Shown here one piece after another: positions 13,801-25,826 of a stretch of 64,000 bases of DNA (within the stretch, counting starts at the first letter, position 1; each line of letters starts with the position of its first letter). This stretch comes from Ylistrum balloti. Lineage: Eukaryota. The notes under the pieces are model-generated. The model did no database searches. It was not told where the DNA came from and saw nothing but the letters and a program-made list of their open reading frames with translations. A program made the position numbers and the translations under genes. Location: NCBI RefSeq assembly GCF_031769215.1, contig NW_026782687.1, positions 124,001 to 188,000 on the forward strand. The letters run 5' to 3'.

Positions 13801-15410
13801 GTTTGCTATTAACTCCACTTCTTGAGTAAACAGTATCACAATAAGAATGGTAGTACGTAGTTTTGACAAAGGATTGGTTGAACAGCTAGAGGAGACAGCA
13901 ATAAAACATTGTTTATATGGATTCTTGTGAAGTAAGGAATCTAATATACACCGAGGAGGTTCATTTATTTATCCTTGAAAGAAAATCTAACAGATTGTTA
14001 TACTGAAACATCAGTAGCCCATGTTTCTCCTTTGGATAAATTGCATAATGTACAGGTGGGGTTTCCTTCGTCATCAAGTAAGCCTAGCACTTTTTCTATA
14101 CAGGAGATGTAACAATGTCTGCAGGCAAGGATCTATGTATTTGACGCCTAATCTGCAGGCACAGTAACATACCTGTCATCACGGAAGCAACAGCAATGTA
14201 AACGAAATACGGCGATAGATCAACCTAATCTATTCTAACATCAAGTTAAGATTTGTATCAACGCGACATGACTCCTACTCTTTCGTTCACAAAGGTAATT
14301 ATAAAAGCTTATCTATGCCTTATATTCCTCTGCTTCAGTAATTACAGAGGTATGCTCTTTTCAGGGTTTGCACCAAGAGTTACAGATTCAGATACGATTC
14401 AAACTTCAATGTCAATTTCATAGAAAAAAAGTTTTACAAAAACTGCATTTAACTTAAGTTTCATTTTACACAATTCTGAAAGCTCGATAAAGACTGAAGT
14501 AAAAATACCAGCTTGGTGAACACCAAAATAAGATAAAGGCTAAAATAGGATACATTTTATCATGTGAAAATGTGAAAGATATGCGCAATGATATATTGAA
14601 TACTAATAAGATTAATGCTATCATATGCCAAAATTTGAAAGATAAACGCCATAATATGATGGACACTATAAAAAGACAAATTCTATTAGATAAATATTTT
14701 TATAAGACATAATTACGAAAAACTCTATAACAAGAAGAACGTCTTATTCGAGAGATAAGACAAATGTTAAAACAAGGCAAATGCTTTGATAAGACAAAGG
14801 CTATTATAAGACATAGGTTATGACGAGACAACATTAAAATAAGATGGACGCCAAAATAAACGGTAAAATGAAATTACTGTATTATGAGAAAAGTTAAGAT
14901 TAGTAAAGTAAGTAAGTGATTAGCTTTACAAAATGTTGAATAGATATGTCTAAATCAGTAAGTTTTAGACTTTGTCCAAATAACTTCCATTACATGCATA
15001 TTCTCTATCAGCATAAGCCATATTTTTAAAGTCTGTATCAAAATTATTTAAACATATGGACTATGCTTTTTACTGATGTAATGTGAAAAAGACTGCATTT
15101 GTGCCTTACAGTCTTAAATACATACTGTTGCATTGTGTCATATTTCAAACTTTTTTTTCTTCAAAATATCCATCGCTGTCGATAAATTTAATTTTGAATA
15201 TCTGAATGAAATGTAAATAGTTAAGTCTTTTCGATTGGTTGAAGTTCTTCACCAGTCTGGAAAAACACGTGCATGTCCTCGTGCATATCCTCCTGTTTGG
15301 ATTTACCCCAATATAGTTACACGCATATACATACCTGTGTTGGATCCTGTTATAATATGTACCCGGCTTGCAGGAATGGTTACCCGAGGAAACGAAATTT
15401 GTCCTCCCAT
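7821..15410 (-). CDS. SDR paralogue B, complete 8-exon gene, 341 aa
   Basis: Exons 15410-15335, 12677-12592, 11325-11115, 9992-9958, 9758-9558, 8991-8841, 8307-8181 and 7959-7821 (TAG). Total 1026 nt, in frame, GT-AG throughout. Motifs: MGGQIS, TGSNTGIG, ACRS, NAG, VSS, YGRSK, HPGVV. Confidence 0.93.
10240..11010 (+). mobile_element. Penelope-like retroelement 3' fragment (end of RT plus shared 3' tail) in intron 3 of SDR B
   Basis: Reads FLDSNIPTSP...SHLTRYSRA..SHYHDF...TDKLVTHG...FYGR across stops and frameshifts. It is followed by the blocks ATGAAGCTGGACGTGTTTGATGCT and GGATTATGATTAT, which recur elsewhere in the window. Confidence 0.7.
11440..11520. repeat. (GT)n/(GCGT)n compound microsatellite
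   Basis: Alternating purine-pyrimidine tract visible directly, about 115 nt from the exon 3 acceptor of SDR B. Confidence 0.9.
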
Positions 15411-15939
15411 CTTGTATGTCTGTTAATGTTCACTAGCGTGTTCACAATAATTTCATATGTGTTTATAGCAACTAATACCTGCGTGATTCTATGAGACTAC
15501 TGGATGGAGACTGATTGAACAGAGACCATACTGAGCGTAGAAGTATCAATAACGCACGTTCCTCTGTAATAACCTGGCAGGAGGCCTTCTGGGTGATTTT
15601 CTTGGTCGGTTATTTTAGTAATCATATAGCTGTTAAATGTATCAAAAGGTCTATTTTTATTATATGAAACCTATAACAATGACACGGAAAATAGAATTTT
15701 ATGCTCATCACAGAAAAAGAATTAGTGTTTTCTCCGATTCATTTCCCCACAGGGAAATAACGTCTTCCCTGTAATTTGTAATTAATGACCTTATGATCCT
15801 TAGATCGATAGTAATATATACCTGACAATCTGTCACATGTCGTTAAAATGTCGCAAGAATAGTGACATTACACGGTAAGACAATACAGTTTGCTTGGTCT
15901 CAGACACCGTTACTTTAAACAGTCAGACATTAGATATTT

Positions 15940-16255
15940 AGGGCTTTTCACCCAAAGGTGAAAAGACCTATTGTTTTTGTTAAGTTTCTTATTCTTCTTT
16001 TTCTTCTTCCGTATTTTGTGGAGTCCCTATCTTCAGATGAGTGAAAGAAAGGTTGGTGGTTTTGTGAGTATTTTTTTAATGAAGGTCTGAAGGTGTTACA
16101 GGAACTTTTTCAAATAGGTCAAACATTTAATATGGCCGCCATGACGTCATAAACTAAAAACATTAAAACTGCTGTAACTTAAAAACCATTCATTGTGGAA
16201 AGTTTGAGCAATTATATTATTTGTAGAGAATTTCCTTATCTAATTTTTTTTTCTT
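15940..16255 (+). mobile_element. Probable non-autonomous Helentron/HINE-like fragment
   Basis: Starts with the hairpin CTTTTCACC-caaa-GGTGAAAAG followed by a CTT/TTC-rich tract, and interrupts a minisatellite. The family assignment is by architecture only. Confidence 0.4.
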
Positions 16256-16257
16256 TT

Positions 16258-16840
16258 TTTTTGTCCTGCACAGTTACTTTATACGGTCATATAATACAAT
16301 ATCTGCTTTGTCCTGGGCACCGTTACCTCATACGATCATACAATATTATAATTGCTTTGTCTCAGGTGTAGTTACTCTTAACGGTCAGACATTAGAATGT
16401 TTGTTTTTTTTCTCATGCGAAATTTCTTTATACGATTATACAATACAACATCTGCTTTGTCTTAGGTGTACCTACTTTAAACGGCCATACAATACAATAC
16501 ATGATTTGTCTCGGGCACAGTTACTTTATACGGTCAGACAATTACAGGTTTATATTGTCTTGGGCTCAGTTCCCTCGTTATAAAACCAGACAATACAATA
16601 TGCTTGCTTCGTCTCAGGTGCATTTACTTTACACAGTCAGATAATGCTTTATTTACTTTGTTCCAGTGGCTTTTTAAGTTAAGACACTGCTACATTTACT
16701 TTGTCTCGGGCGCTTTTACTTTTTCGGTCAGACAATACAATGATTATTATTGTTTTAGGTGCAGTTATTATTCACGGTCAGAAGACAAATAGTTGATATA
16801 TCTCAGTCACAGTTACTTTTCACAGTAAGACAATACACTA
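16258..16840. repeat. Degenerate ~49-bp minisatellite, about 12 units, with a further 1-2 units at ~15865-15935
   Basis: Recurring core ttgtctc.ggc.cagttacttt..acggtcagacaatacaa. Confidence 0.8.
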
Positions 16841-17670
16841 ATTGTTTTTTAAATATTGTATAAAGAGCAACACACGCAAATGTTAGCAGTCATAGTAACT
16901 GATATTATTTATGATTGGTACACAAATCCATTTAGATTTTGTAACAATATTACATAAAGTTCTTGGATGAGGGATCAGCAATGCAGTAGTATGGAAAAAC
17001 CCTACCAATCACTCGCTTAAGTCGTATCCAATGAAGAAGACTAATTCCAGAAAGATTACCATTCAATACCAGGTATACAAAAATTAAAACAAAAATATAT
17101 ACGATTGATAAAGACATGCAAATAAGAATTATATTTTGAGGAAGGCAATGTGTTATTGCTAAAATATTTTACTGACGATACATGGAATAACGACTTTCAG
17201 CAAATTTGGCTCAATATTCTAATCAGGTTCTTATTATTTTCAACGGGAAAATCTGCTTAAAATTTCATTACATATTCAATAATTGTCAGTAGTTGAGACA
17301 TCGAGTTAAATAGCGAGGTAAAAAAATCCAATGCTTAGAATTTAATGATGTTTTTATTATCGATTCCACGAAAACACCATGTTTGGAATGGAATCACTAT
17401 CATTTGATGTTTGGTATCATGGTTAAAAATGAATATATCATTGACATGATTGTTTAGTATAAAAACCATTTTGACATAACGTGAGAAAAGTATATAGCCT
17501 GGGTTAACTATTACAGAATCGTCAACCGACCATGAGGAGGAAATTCAGCTGTTGCCTTGACATCAACTTCACGTTCCAGTACCAGCTTTTGTAAATATAC
17601 AAAAGAAAAATAATGTTTACACGTGTCTTGAAACTAACAACATTCTAAATTCAAGTCAGAATTTAACAGT

Positions 17671-20600
17671 TTATTCTCCTTCCAAACATTTGTTAATTTC
17701 ATCTGGGAGAAAATTTGCTTCCTTCAGAAAGTCTTTAGTGTAAGCCCATAGAGATTCCTGTTTTCGTGAATTCCTAGTGAAAAGAAAACAAATTTCAGCA
17801 ATATTACATGGAGATCTTTAATCAAACTATCAAATGATGAGTGACATGATATGGTGTTTGCTGATGAAGATTGCTGTTATATTCCTGTAAGGTATGCCTT
17901 GTCATTCATTTTGTATTATATAAATAAAGACACTGTTATCTTCTTTCAGTAAGTAGGATGTCATGTCTACCATACATTTTCGTGCCGGTTTTATCTGATC
18001 TGACATTGAAAAACTCAATTTGAGTGACTCATTCGCTTAAACAGATTAATATATCAACTATCCTCTTAACCTAGTTTTTATCGACGGACGTACTTATTAG
18101 CATCTAGATAGGTTGGATACGGAGTACGACACAATATTATCAAATACAGCAGGACTGAATCCTAATATTTAGTTATTTATTTCATCAATGGATAAAAAAG
18201 ATAAACACGATAGAAAAGATGGAAAATAGGAAAATAAGTAAGACAGAGCAAAAATCCTTATTGTGAAACGATAGCCATCATACAACAATCATATTAACAA
18301 TAATACAACAGCTCTATATTTACTTTGTTATGAAATTTCGAACAAATTGTGCAATGCGTGTGCCTTTAATGAAGCTCTGGCATTGCTGTTAATATGAGAT
18401 AATGAAACTGAAATGATCAATGGTAAATATGACTTCTTTTTAGCCTCGAAATCAACCCCATTTTTCTGAAAATTTCATTTGTTTAACGATTTTAAAGTTT
18501 GTTAAATATAAAGTAATTCAATAGTCAACATTTATTGAGAATTTTTAGAAGACGATAATAACTGACTATTAATTACATGTCCTCTTTTCCAGACACATCT
18601 GCGTTATCATAATATCTAAAATAACATTTTCAAAAGAGCTGAAAATGATAACCATTGCGATTTTGTACATAATTTACAATTATCACTGTAATTTATTTTG
18701 CCACACAGCGTTTTATGTTTGGAAATAAATTATTTCTTACCTTTTTCACATTGTTTGTTTTGAGCAAGGTCGTTAAACATGCTTTAATTGTAGATTGCAG
18801 TAATTTGCGATCAAAGCATACGTAATTGTGCTAGGTAATGTAAAATATAATATTTGAATATGATTTACCCTGGTTAACCGCTGACGGTAGCAGGATTGAA
18901 GTCACCATAATACACATCATGAACACCTTTTAGGGACGGATTTACAGCAGCATTGATGCTGGATTCAGCTCCTTCAAACGGGGTCTTTAATTGTCCTTAT
19001 AAAAAGAAAGGATAAGAGATACCAAATGAGCAACGTAACGACCGGTGATATGTTCCACGGAAGTCCAAATTTCAAATAAGAATTTTTCAAAATATCAAAA
19101 TACAACTCGGAGGACAAAATGGTGTATTCAGAAAGTGTAATGGTTTCTAAATATCAAGGGTATGTATCTGTAACGAAAGATATTTTCTTTGTGAAAGTCG
19201 AATGAAAGGCCATTACAGTGTATGACACCATCATAATTGATAGAATAGTTATATACATGCTTGTAATGAATTGATTAAGAATGGAAAAGAAACCATGCAT
19301 TACATGTGATAACTTTAGGAAACAGTCAACTGTTAGTTCACACTCACCAACAAACTTCAATACACTAATACAAAAAAAATAACTTCATATCCTTTGAATT
19401 CCTTGTCACTTCAGTATCCACATAGCCCTGATGAATGCTTAAAAAGATGACATTTGAGTTTTGAAGTGGTCGGTTCATACTGAACATCTGCATTATCTGG
19501 AAGGAAACATCAATTTTGGGTATTCTGATCTTTAAGATATTTGCCTGTGAAATGTACACATTTGCAAAGTAAGTTGTCTTAGAACACTGGAAAGCTGGTA
19601 TCGTGTTTCGACCCAAATTGTTGTTGCTAATTTAACTTTTGCAATTGGTACTATACCTTTGAATACATGCTAGGCTCAAACTTGTATTTATTATTCAATT
19701 TTAAATATCCTTTTCCATGGATGGTCTTCAGTGTTCATAACATTAAATGATTAACAACAAACATCCCGAAAAAAACACTTAAAGTTCCAAAAATTATCTT
19801 CATATTTCTGCTGAACGGAACAATTGAAACTTGCTCCACAAATCAATAATTCAAATGCCAATGCCGATTGTTGATTACATTACTAGGTCTCTTCTAGCGA
19901 TATGCCCTTTAACTTTCAATATTAACTAAACACTGGCGGTAGTAACCTCCGACTCAAGACCGTCTCGATTATCTGATCAACCGCAAAATACCTCGTGCAG
20001 AACTATGACTTATTTGAATGGTGTCACTATGATATCTGTAAGCATTATCAGTAGGAAAAAGCGGGTGAAAGAGTAATTATAACACTTAAAATGACACACT
20101 GTGACCAAATTATGTAACATGCACACTTGTGATATGACAACCAATCCTCAAAGTATCAGGGCAGTTTCTTTTGATATAAAGGCAGTTAAATTCAAATATA
20201 ACCGTACATGATGCTGACAACTGATTTTACTTCGAATGAACGTTAGAGACAGAAAAAAAGACGTTCACGGAAGGAAAACCGCATCAAACATATCTAGATA
20301 AGTTTTATGTGAAATGCTTATCCATGTAATTGTAAAACATGTCGTTAGCTATGACTATTCAGTCTTACATGTACGACCTAAAGCATTACAAAACATGTTT
20401 ATAAGATTGATGAAAAATCAGAATTCCTCAAAAATGACGATAACACAATTGCTAACAGGCGATATTGTTTGAAGTGATGAATTTTTTATTGTAAGCACAA
20501 GTATAAATTGCATAACACGATACAACTGAAAAGATTTTGACAAAGTCAATGAAGCTCGCTTGACGATATAAATGTATGATTATCATTAATATAATCTAAA

Positions 20601-22246
20601 AATAAATATATATTCACCTGGAACATCAGCTCGTATCCCTCTGTTGTGTACTCTGTGGACGAAAAGACTAACAATACATCAATCTGCCCCTGAAATATCA
20701 GTTGTAATAAGTTTGATTAATATTAAACACCGTAAAAAATTCAAGTAAAATATTTATGGGTTTTCATGAAACGTGTGAAATAAGAGCATACATGAAAAAA
20801 TATATATTTATTCACTGTTCTCTTTTGTTTATGATTTTTTTTATACATCTGTAAGTAAATTTCAGTTGCAGAACTCTCTTGCCCTGTCTTCCGACCGACA
20901 GGCAAGTATCACTGTGGCTCCCATTATTGATATCCATTTGGCTGTTTCGTATCCAATACCTGTACACACCAATGTAATAATTCAAATTCAGAGGTCAAAT
21001 TCAGAGTGCACATGGATGTGTAACCTTAGTCTACAATTAACCGTCATTGCATAAACCACCAAAAGAAAAATAAGTCGATGTTTTGATGTAAAAAAGAGGC
21101 ATCAATCCAACATACATCATCTGAGCTTTAAATGAAAGACACTATACAGTGCAACCTTTAATAACCAATCCACTACACCCTTGGCTAACAAGTACACCGT
21201 ATGATGACCAAGCTTTGGGATACTTATGCTATTGTAATATATCTATGGTTAAGATAACATGATATCGATTCCTACGTCCCTTTCCTATATCTGTTGGAAA
21301 TGACATCCTTAATTCAAATAGAGAGTGTGATATTTACAATTGTTCAAAACACGGGGAAATATAGATATGAATTCTTGGAAAGCTTGGTAGTTGTGTGGGG
21401 TTACAGTTTACATAATAGTTTTGGGAATGAAATAACATCGCAGCGAAATGTAGACTCCTAAGATTAAAGATGAAATCAGCAGAGAAAACAATATATCATT
21501 GTATGGCTTCTTTTCCTACACGGAAAATTCAACGTTATCATTTCTAGTAAATGATGGCCTTGTTTCAAAATTACTGATAATGAAATGAAAAAAATACTTT
21601 ACAATAATGTATATTGTGAAAATAAAAAAAATGAATATATTGAATCGTGTCTCGATCATTCTGGAAACATTCCATTTGTTTTAATAACATTTGAGTTATG
21701 TCCCTTGTGTTGATTTGTGTCGTGTTAGGTCAGTATGTGGTGACCTACATTGAAATAAGACTCTGTTTGATCGATAAGGAACATTGCATGTTGTTTTGAC
21801 TGTGTGATGAATAGAGATCAATGAGAAACAAAAATCTGTTTAACGATTTGTTGATGGCGAAGAAACGTCTGGAACGCCACAGGACTCCTCCAATTGACAG
21901 GCGAAAATGCTAAAGTGTCACGACCAATCTGATGGCACGTTTACAATAAATAATACAAAAATATCTCGTTGTATAACATTGAAATAAAATCGAAAAGAAG
22001 GTACTACATATGAAATTGTTATGCATTTACATACGGGATGATAAATACAAGTATTCCAAAGTTCAAGACATTTAACTTTTTATCTAAAGACATTACCAAG
22101 GAAAGCAGTTGATTAATTGTATTGTCAATGAAAAGAATTAATTTCAATAAGGAAACATCAAGTACACTCACCTGTTTTGACACCAGTTACTATGACAACC
22201 CTCTCCTTTGGCAGGGTTATCCTGGGAAAAGACTGGTGGCCACCCA
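17671..22246 (-). pseudogene. SDR paralogue C pseudogene (D-like)
   Basis: Exon 1 (22246-22172) is 75 nt instead of 76, a frameshift with an early TAA. Exon 2 (20959-20874) lacks a GT donor at the expected position. Exon 3 is absent. Exon 4 is at 20652-20618. Exon 5 is not recognisable. Exon 6 (19496-19348) is 149 nt instead of 151, has HPG changed to HQG and a stop at 19365-19367. Exon 7 (18995-18869) has an in-frame TAA at 18874-18876. Exon 8 is at 17773-17671. Confidence 0.9.
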
Positions 22247-23119
22247 TAATTTCTCGTGCTATAAGATGGGCCTACAGGCTAGCTATTTACAAATCATTAT
22301 TTTAGTGAGTATAATGTCGGTTACGATGCGGTATCTGGAATTAATTAACTTTCTTGTCATTTGTCAATAAAGATATCGGCTTCTGGATAAATGTTAGGTT
22401 GTGTCCCCCCCCCCTACGTTTATTTCAATTCAACGTTGTTGTAGATTTAAGCGGAACAACTTCTGTAAATAGTTCAGTATATAGGACAGAAAAATGGATT
22501 GACCAAACTGCATTATTTCTGCTTTGTAAGCAGAACACAACAATACAGTTAGATCAGACCACTCTAAGACTAAAACTAACGAAATGCTATATATCATATT
22601 ATCTTAATGAAAACAAACTAGTGGACTGTAATCATATATAGCTACTACACTTGACTAACGATAACGTAGCTGAGAACGTTCTATATATTGTACTAATTCG
22701 TACCTTTTTGAAGGAACGCGTGCAAATTGCATGCGAACTTTGAGAACCTAGAGATATTTCACAGTGTCCTTTATCAAACTACTAGATAATTTCATTCTTA
22801 TCTAAAGTGACGGACGAACATATTATCATATATTTTTAGATATCAATTACTATATATAGCAAGTCAAATCGCTGAAATTTTAATTTCAACATGATTGATC
22901 ATATAACTAGTCTGTTTGAGTATATCTTATCCATAATATATTTTTTTATTTCATCCACACATGATATGACCTAGTGGTGGTATTATTTGCTGAATGCTTA
23001 ATTGATTTCATGATATAAGCTCTTGAAAGATGGATCGTCAAAAAATAACATTTGTTCAGCATGTATGGCAGGTTGATGGGAACAGGATAAGAAAAAATGA
23101 TAGCAGTTGATAATGTTTT

Positions 23120-24060
23120 TCCTTTACACTAACAAAAACACCAAGAAAATACTAAACATGTCAACATAATCATAATCCAAACTCAAATTCCATACAACTA
23201 GGGGATAACATGAACAAAAGAAAAAATTACATGGAGACTCCTGAAAAGTACAAGGAGAATAAAACCAGGTGTTCCGGAAGAGTAAACGTCTTCTGCTTCA
23301 TCGACGACATCCGTCAAGTAAACATAGACGTCATATAACGTTCTCAAATCAGAACAAGGCATACAACAACGGAACCAATTGGCAAAATAACACAATAGAA
23401 TATTTATTAATTATATCATTATGGCGACAATAAAACTTCCTTATGTTATTTGACCTGCATTTTTTTTAACCCTTGTGTTACGAGGTTGTCTGTCAGTTGA
23501 CGACTTCATGCAAGACAATGGTGATTATTCGAACAGGCCATTAAAAACCACAGGTAGGAAATGCAGGCGTATTGCTCTTCAGCAGTGGAAGAAACACAAT
23601 AGGGAAATTGAAATCATCACGGTTTTCATATAGCTTTGTTGAAAGCTGTCCATGTTGGTTTCGTTGTAAGAATATAACGAAATAAGCAGCTGATGTAGAA
23701 GAGTCTGTCGTGTCTTTGATTTCCAGGTCAGGTGGACAATGGACTTGGTCAATAAATTTCTGTTATTTAAAGACAATACGTCATCGATATGTCTGTAAGG
23801 GAAATTTATCGACCTTGTCTTTGTGACCTGTTTTGATAAGCTCTTCAGTAAATTCAGCCTCGTATGAAAACAAAAGCAAGTCATGGCACAAATTACCTCA
23901 CAGCGCCAAACCATTCTGTGGTACCTTTTTGAAGCAATAGTGTGTGAGAACATTCTGGAAAGCAAAATAGAACCCAGTTCAGGTTCCTGCTGTAATAATG
24001 ATAAACAGTGATTTACTTTGTTGTCACTTCCGTTGGTTTTCCTTTGATAGGTTCGCGTCT
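23120..24060 (-). mobile_element. Penelope-like reverse transcriptase fragment with 3' tail
   Basis: Track ORF 23579..24124 contains YRHIDDVLSLNN, a YIDD-type RT motif. After a frameshift it reads LEIKDTTDS...TKLYENRDDFNFPIV...SN. The tail block GATGAAGCAGAAGACGTTTACTCTTCCGGAACACCTGG follows at ~23265-23305. Confidence 0.8.
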
Positions 24061-25826
24061 GTCTTGGTCGCGAATACATTTGAAACATGAAATAAATTCC
24101 GAGTCCGTGTACTGTCAAAATCATCCATATATATATATACTAATTTTATGAATTAGTTAAAGGTATATACTGAAATATTTTACTATGCCAAATCCACAGA
24201 CAGTATGTTTAGATAGGAAAACGGTAATAAACTACGTGTAGACATGTAAAAGCTGTTCGCGTCGAAATTCATGTATCTGGCATCACAATGAATGAGGACA
24301 TATTATAATGGTTTAATTTTTTTTTCTTAAACGATGTTAGACGTTTCTTAAACCCGGTAAGTCTACGTTAATGCGTATTGATGTGTCCAAAGTAAAGTAT
24401 ATATAAAGCAATAATTGAAAAGGATTTATATAAATGGAAAAGGATTTATATAAGTTGTTTAACTTGTTTCCAATTCCAATACCTCTGTATACTTTGCTAT
24501 GTATCATTCGCATGTTGTTATGGAATAAAATAAAGTATATATAAAGCAATAAGTTTAATTAGATAGGAACAATCACAGCTTTGGAATTTTATATCATTAT
24601 TACATATTGATAAGGTGTGTAGTTACATGGATATAACTGATTCCCTTCTACTAGTCATTTAGGTGTGAAGCAGTATTCTTAATATTCACGTCCTGCAAAG
24701 ACGTGTTTCCTTTACATATGTCGAAAAGGTAATTCAATATCATTGCATTATAAAGACGTTTCGCTCTTTCAGGACTCGTTAGTGATATCAAGAAACAAAT
24801 TAAATCATATTTGCGCATAGAAGGCATAATGAGGAAAATCAATCTAGACGCGGAGGTGCACTGATCCCAAACTTCAATAAATCTCATGTTCTTCATTGAA
24901 AGATTTCAAGATAATGTTAAATGCAAGTGTATATTCTGAATTGTGCCACTATCTAAAAATATATTTTTGGCAAAAATTGAGAATCAACAGTGTCTACCAC
25001 CTGCAATCTCGAACGTTGTACAAAAGACACACAATTGAATAGTACATATCTTGCAGTAAGACTATGGATGATGATGATGGTACTCTGAGCAGTTTATTTG
25101 CCTCCTCTCAGAAAAAATGGTTCTCTAAAGAAAACCATTGATTTTAGAATAAAACACAGACAGGACTATGGTAAATGTCATTCTTGTTAATGTGATAATA
25201 CACATACATGTATATTCTCTTTTCAGCTCAAATGTAAGTGAAGCATCAGCACAACCTTTTGCATCATGTATAAATTAATGTGATTCATGTCATTAGTACG
25301 ATTGTGAAAGCTTCTGAGCTGGTAGGATAATAACTTTCACGGACATGTAGATCTAGGTGTTGATGAGTATGCCATGACAGTATGGGATTATAACTGTTGT
25401 AATCAGTTTCAATGTTTTAGTATATGATGCTAAGACTGATGCTATTTAAATATTTTTCTGTTGTATAAATTCAAATTTCAGAATGAGACAATACGCAATT
25501 TTGGTACCCTCCCTGCCTGTATATTGATAGATGAAACTTAACAAACTTCAAAAATCAAGAGTTTCGAGAAAGGTCTGTCCTCGTACCTAATACTTTATAC
25601 TATGCATCCAAAGTTTTTACCAAAGTCTGTCGATGTTTGAACTGATATTATCTTGCTGTTGTTATAACCGAATTCCATCTTAGAGATTCCAGTACCTACG
25701 TTTAATTTCCAAATGATTCTATCCCGTTATAAGATCATGCAAATTCTAGGATCTTATAAACACAAAGACAGCTATCGCAATATAAACATGTAAGTACATC
25801 GACAATACAAGGCATTGAGGTATTGT

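Noticed and set aside
14660-14860. Recurring ATAAGAC/AAGACAAA words
   Set aside because: The period is irregular and too degenerate to define a unit by eye; probably an old repeat remnant.
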